Below are positions 61,888 to 64,000 of a DNA stretch of 64,000 bases, one piece after another. A program made the position numbers and the translations under genes. The stretch covers positions 1-64,000 of the forward strand of contig CAWHDZ010000010.1 of NCBI GenBank assembly GCA_963828255.1, read 5' to 3'. The number at the start of each line of letters is the position of its first letter. Within the stretch, counting starts at the first letter, position 1. The notes below the pieces were generated by a model. The model was not told the DNA's origin. It saw nothing but the letters and a program-made list of their open reading frames with translations, and made no database searches. This stretch comes from an uncultured delta proteobacterium. Its GTDB lineage: Bacteria > Myxococcota > Myxococcia > Myxococcales > Anaeromyxobacteraceae.

Positions 61888-63872
61888 TGCCGGTCTCCGC
61901 CCCGAGCGCCCTGGAGGCCGTGCTCGCCCCCGGGGGGCGCCTGGAGGTGGCCCTGCCCGGCTACGAGCCCCGGCCCGACCAGCTGCGCATGGCCGCCGCG
62001 GTGGCCGACGCACTGGCCCGCCGCCGCTACCTCGTGGCCGAGGCCGGCACCGGGACCGGGAAGACCCTCGCCTACCTGCTCCCGGCCGTGCAGTCGGGGC
62101 GGAGGGTGGTCATCTCCACCGCCACCCGCACCCTCCAGGAGCAGATCTGGTTCCGCGACATCCCGCTGCTGCGGGATCGCTGCGGGGTCGAGATCTCCGC
62201 GGCCTACCTCAAGGGGCGGGCCAACTACTACTGCCTGGCGCGGGGCGAGGAGTTCGAGCGCCATCCCACCTTCCCCACCCGGGAGGAGGCGGCGCTCTGG
62301 CCGCGCATCCGGGAGTGGGCGCGCACCACCGAGACCGGCGACCGCGCCGAGATCGACCTGCCCGACTCCTACCTGGCCTGGAGGGACCTGTCCGCCACCG
62401 GCGAGACCTGCGTCGGGAAGGAGTGCGCTGCCTGGGAGGATTGCTTCGTGCAGCAGGCGCGTGCGCGGGCCGCCCAGTCCGACGTCGTGCTCGTGAACCA
62501 CCACCTGTTCTTCGCGGACCTCGCCATGCGCACCTCGCGGGCCGGGGTCGAGGTGCTCCCGCCCTACGAGGCGGTGATCTTCGACGAGGCCCACGCCATC
62601 GAGGACGTGGCCACCGAGTACTTCGGGCTTCAAGTTTCCTCGTACCGGGTGGAGGAGCTGGCCCGGGACGCGCAGCGCGCCGTGGGCGATCGACCGGACC
62701 TCGCCTCCATGCTGAAGCGGACCACCGGCGAGCTCGCGAAGTCCGGGGAACGCTTCTTCGCCTCGGTGGCCCGCGCGATGGCGGCCGGCGCCGGCCGTTC
62801 CGAGCCGCCCCGGGGCGGCCGGCGATCCGAGGAGGAGACGCTGCGCGGCACGCTCCTCCCGGCCATGCTCGCGCCGCTGGCCGGCGAGCAGGACCGGCTC
62901 GATCACGCGCTCGAGGAGCTGCGGGGCGAGCTCGCCGACGCAGACGCGCCGGCGCTGGTACAGATCGCCCGGCGGGCCGCCGAGCTGCGGGTGGAGCTGG
63001 CCGCGGTCACCGCGATGAAGGAGCCGTCGCGGGTCTTCTTCGCCGAGGTCCGCGGCCGCGGGGTCTTCCTGCGCGCCGCGCCGATCGACGTCGCCGAGGA
63101 GCTCGCGACCCGCCTCTACCGGAACGTCGACACCGCGATCTTCACCAGCGCCACCCTGGCGACCCAGGGGCGCTTCGACTACTTCCGGCGGCAGGTCGGC
63201 CTGTACCCCGACCTGGACGTGGACGAGCGGGTCTTTCCCGGCCCGTTCGACTACGCCACCCAGGCCGCCCTGGTGGCGCCGGCGGGGCTTCCCGACCCGA
63301 ACCAGCCCGGGTTCGTGGCCGCGGCGGCACGTACGGTGCGCGAGCTCGCCGAGATCACCGGCGGGCGCGCCTTCGTGCTCTGCACCTCGGTGCGCAACAT
63401 GCTGGCCTTCCGGGAGGCCCTCTCCGACCTGCCCTGGCAGCTGCTCGTCCAGGGGGAGCGCCCCAAGCACCGGCTGCTGGAGTCGTTCCGGGAGCGCCCC
63501 TCGGTGCTCTTCGCGACCCAGAGCTTCTGGGAGGGCGTCGACGTCCCGGGCGCGGCCCTGTCGCTCGTGGTGATCGACCGGCTGCCCTTCGCCCCCCCCG
63601 GCGACCCGGTGGTGGCGGCCCGCGTGAAGGCGCTCGCCGAGGGCGGCCACGACGCCTTCTCGGAACTTCAGGTTCCGGCCGCGGCGCTGCAGCTCCGGCA
63701 GGGGTTCGGGCGCCTGGTCCGGTCCCGCGCCGACCGCGGGCTCGTCGCCGTCCTCGACCCGCGTCTCACCACCCGGGGCTACGGCCGCGCCTTCCTGGCC
63801 TCGCTTCCGCCCAGCCCCCTCCTGCGCTCGATCGACGAGGCGCGGCGCTGGTGGAACGGCCGCGAAGCGTGA
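61887..63872 (+). CDS. DinG/YoaA-family ATP-dependent helicase with Fe-S cluster
   Basis: EAGTGTGKT, KGRANYYC, Cys cluster, DEAH, SATL, FWEGVDVPG, QGFGRL. Confidence 0.95.
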   Translation: MPVSAPSALEAVLAPGGRLEVALPGYEPRPDQLRMAAAVADALARRRYLVAEAGTGTGKTLAYLLPAVQSGRRVVISTATRTLQEQIWFRDIPLLRDRCGVEISAAYLKGRANYYCLARGEEFERHPTFPTREEAALWPRIREWARTTETGDRAEIDLPDSYLAWRDLSATGETCVGKECAAWEDCFVQQARARAAQSDVVLVNHHLFFADLAMRTSRAGVEVLPPYEAVIFDEAHAIEDVATEYFGLQVSSYRVEELARDAQRAVGDRPDLASMLKRTTGELAKSGERFFASVARAMAAGAGRSEPPRGGRRSEEETLRGTLLPAMLAPLAGEQDRLDHALEELRGELADADAPALVQIARRAAELRVELAAVTAMKEPSRVFFAEVRGRGVFLRAAPIDVAEELATRLYRNVDTAIFTSATLATQGRFDYFRRQVGLYPDLDVDERVFPGPFDYATQAALVAPAGLPDPNQPGFVAAAARTVRELAEITGGRAFVLCTSVRNMLAFREALSDLPWQLLVQGERPKHRLLESFRERPSVLFATQSFWEGVDVPGAALSLVVIDRLPFAPPGDPVVAARVKALAEGGHDAFSELQVPAAALQLRQGFGRLVRSRADRGLVAVLDPRLTTRGYGRAFLASLPPSPLLRSIDEARRWWNGREA

Positions 63873-63966
63873 CGAACGCCCCGGAAAGGTCTCCGGTTGG
63901 TGGAACGGGCGGCGGGATTGCGCTAGCTTCGACCTGCGGGGGAGGGTGCGAGGTACCGAAAGGCCG

Positions 63967-64000
63967 ATGGCCCAATTCAACGAGCAGAGCCGCGAACTCG
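63967..64000 (+). CDS. 5' end of a CDS, possibly an MglA/SofG-like small GTPase
   Basis: MAQFNEQSREL resembles the N-terminus of myxobacterial MglA-family proteins; only 11 codons visible. Confidence 0.3.
   Translation, partial: MAQFNEQSREL

Overview
High-GC bacterial chromosome segment spanning the replication origin. Gene content and order suggest Myxococcota, Anaeromyxobacter-like (inference). Core genes: lgt-lspA-ileS, rimK, a FadF-like Fe-S protein, fabH, tRNA-Gln, gyrB-recF-dnaN-oriC-dnaA, rpmH-rnpA-yidD-yidC-jag-rsmG-parS-parA-parB, bactofilin, Hsp20, F1 genes, gyrA, hemL, F0 genes, ychF, pdxA-surA-two PPIases-mfd, hrcA-grpE-dnaK-dnaJ, an LpoA-like protein, a site-2 protease and dinG. 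Many single-base frameshifts in essential genes indicate an error-prone assembly, so the apparent gene fusions and pseudogenes were rejected. The main discovery is two diverged copies of an about 460-bp non-coding element (about 40038-40513 and 43898-44351). Their conserved blocks form long-range, pseudoknotted helices with G-U and compensatory changes. Each copy follows a stop codon, and together they bracket a three-gene exported cassette (FG-GAP lipoprotein, c-type cytochrome, YtkA/FixH-like lipoprotein). Also notable: three genes that appear to start with CTG, a tRNA lying in frame inside a possible CDS, a GATC-rich phased oriC, and no mnmE/mnmG at the usual locus.
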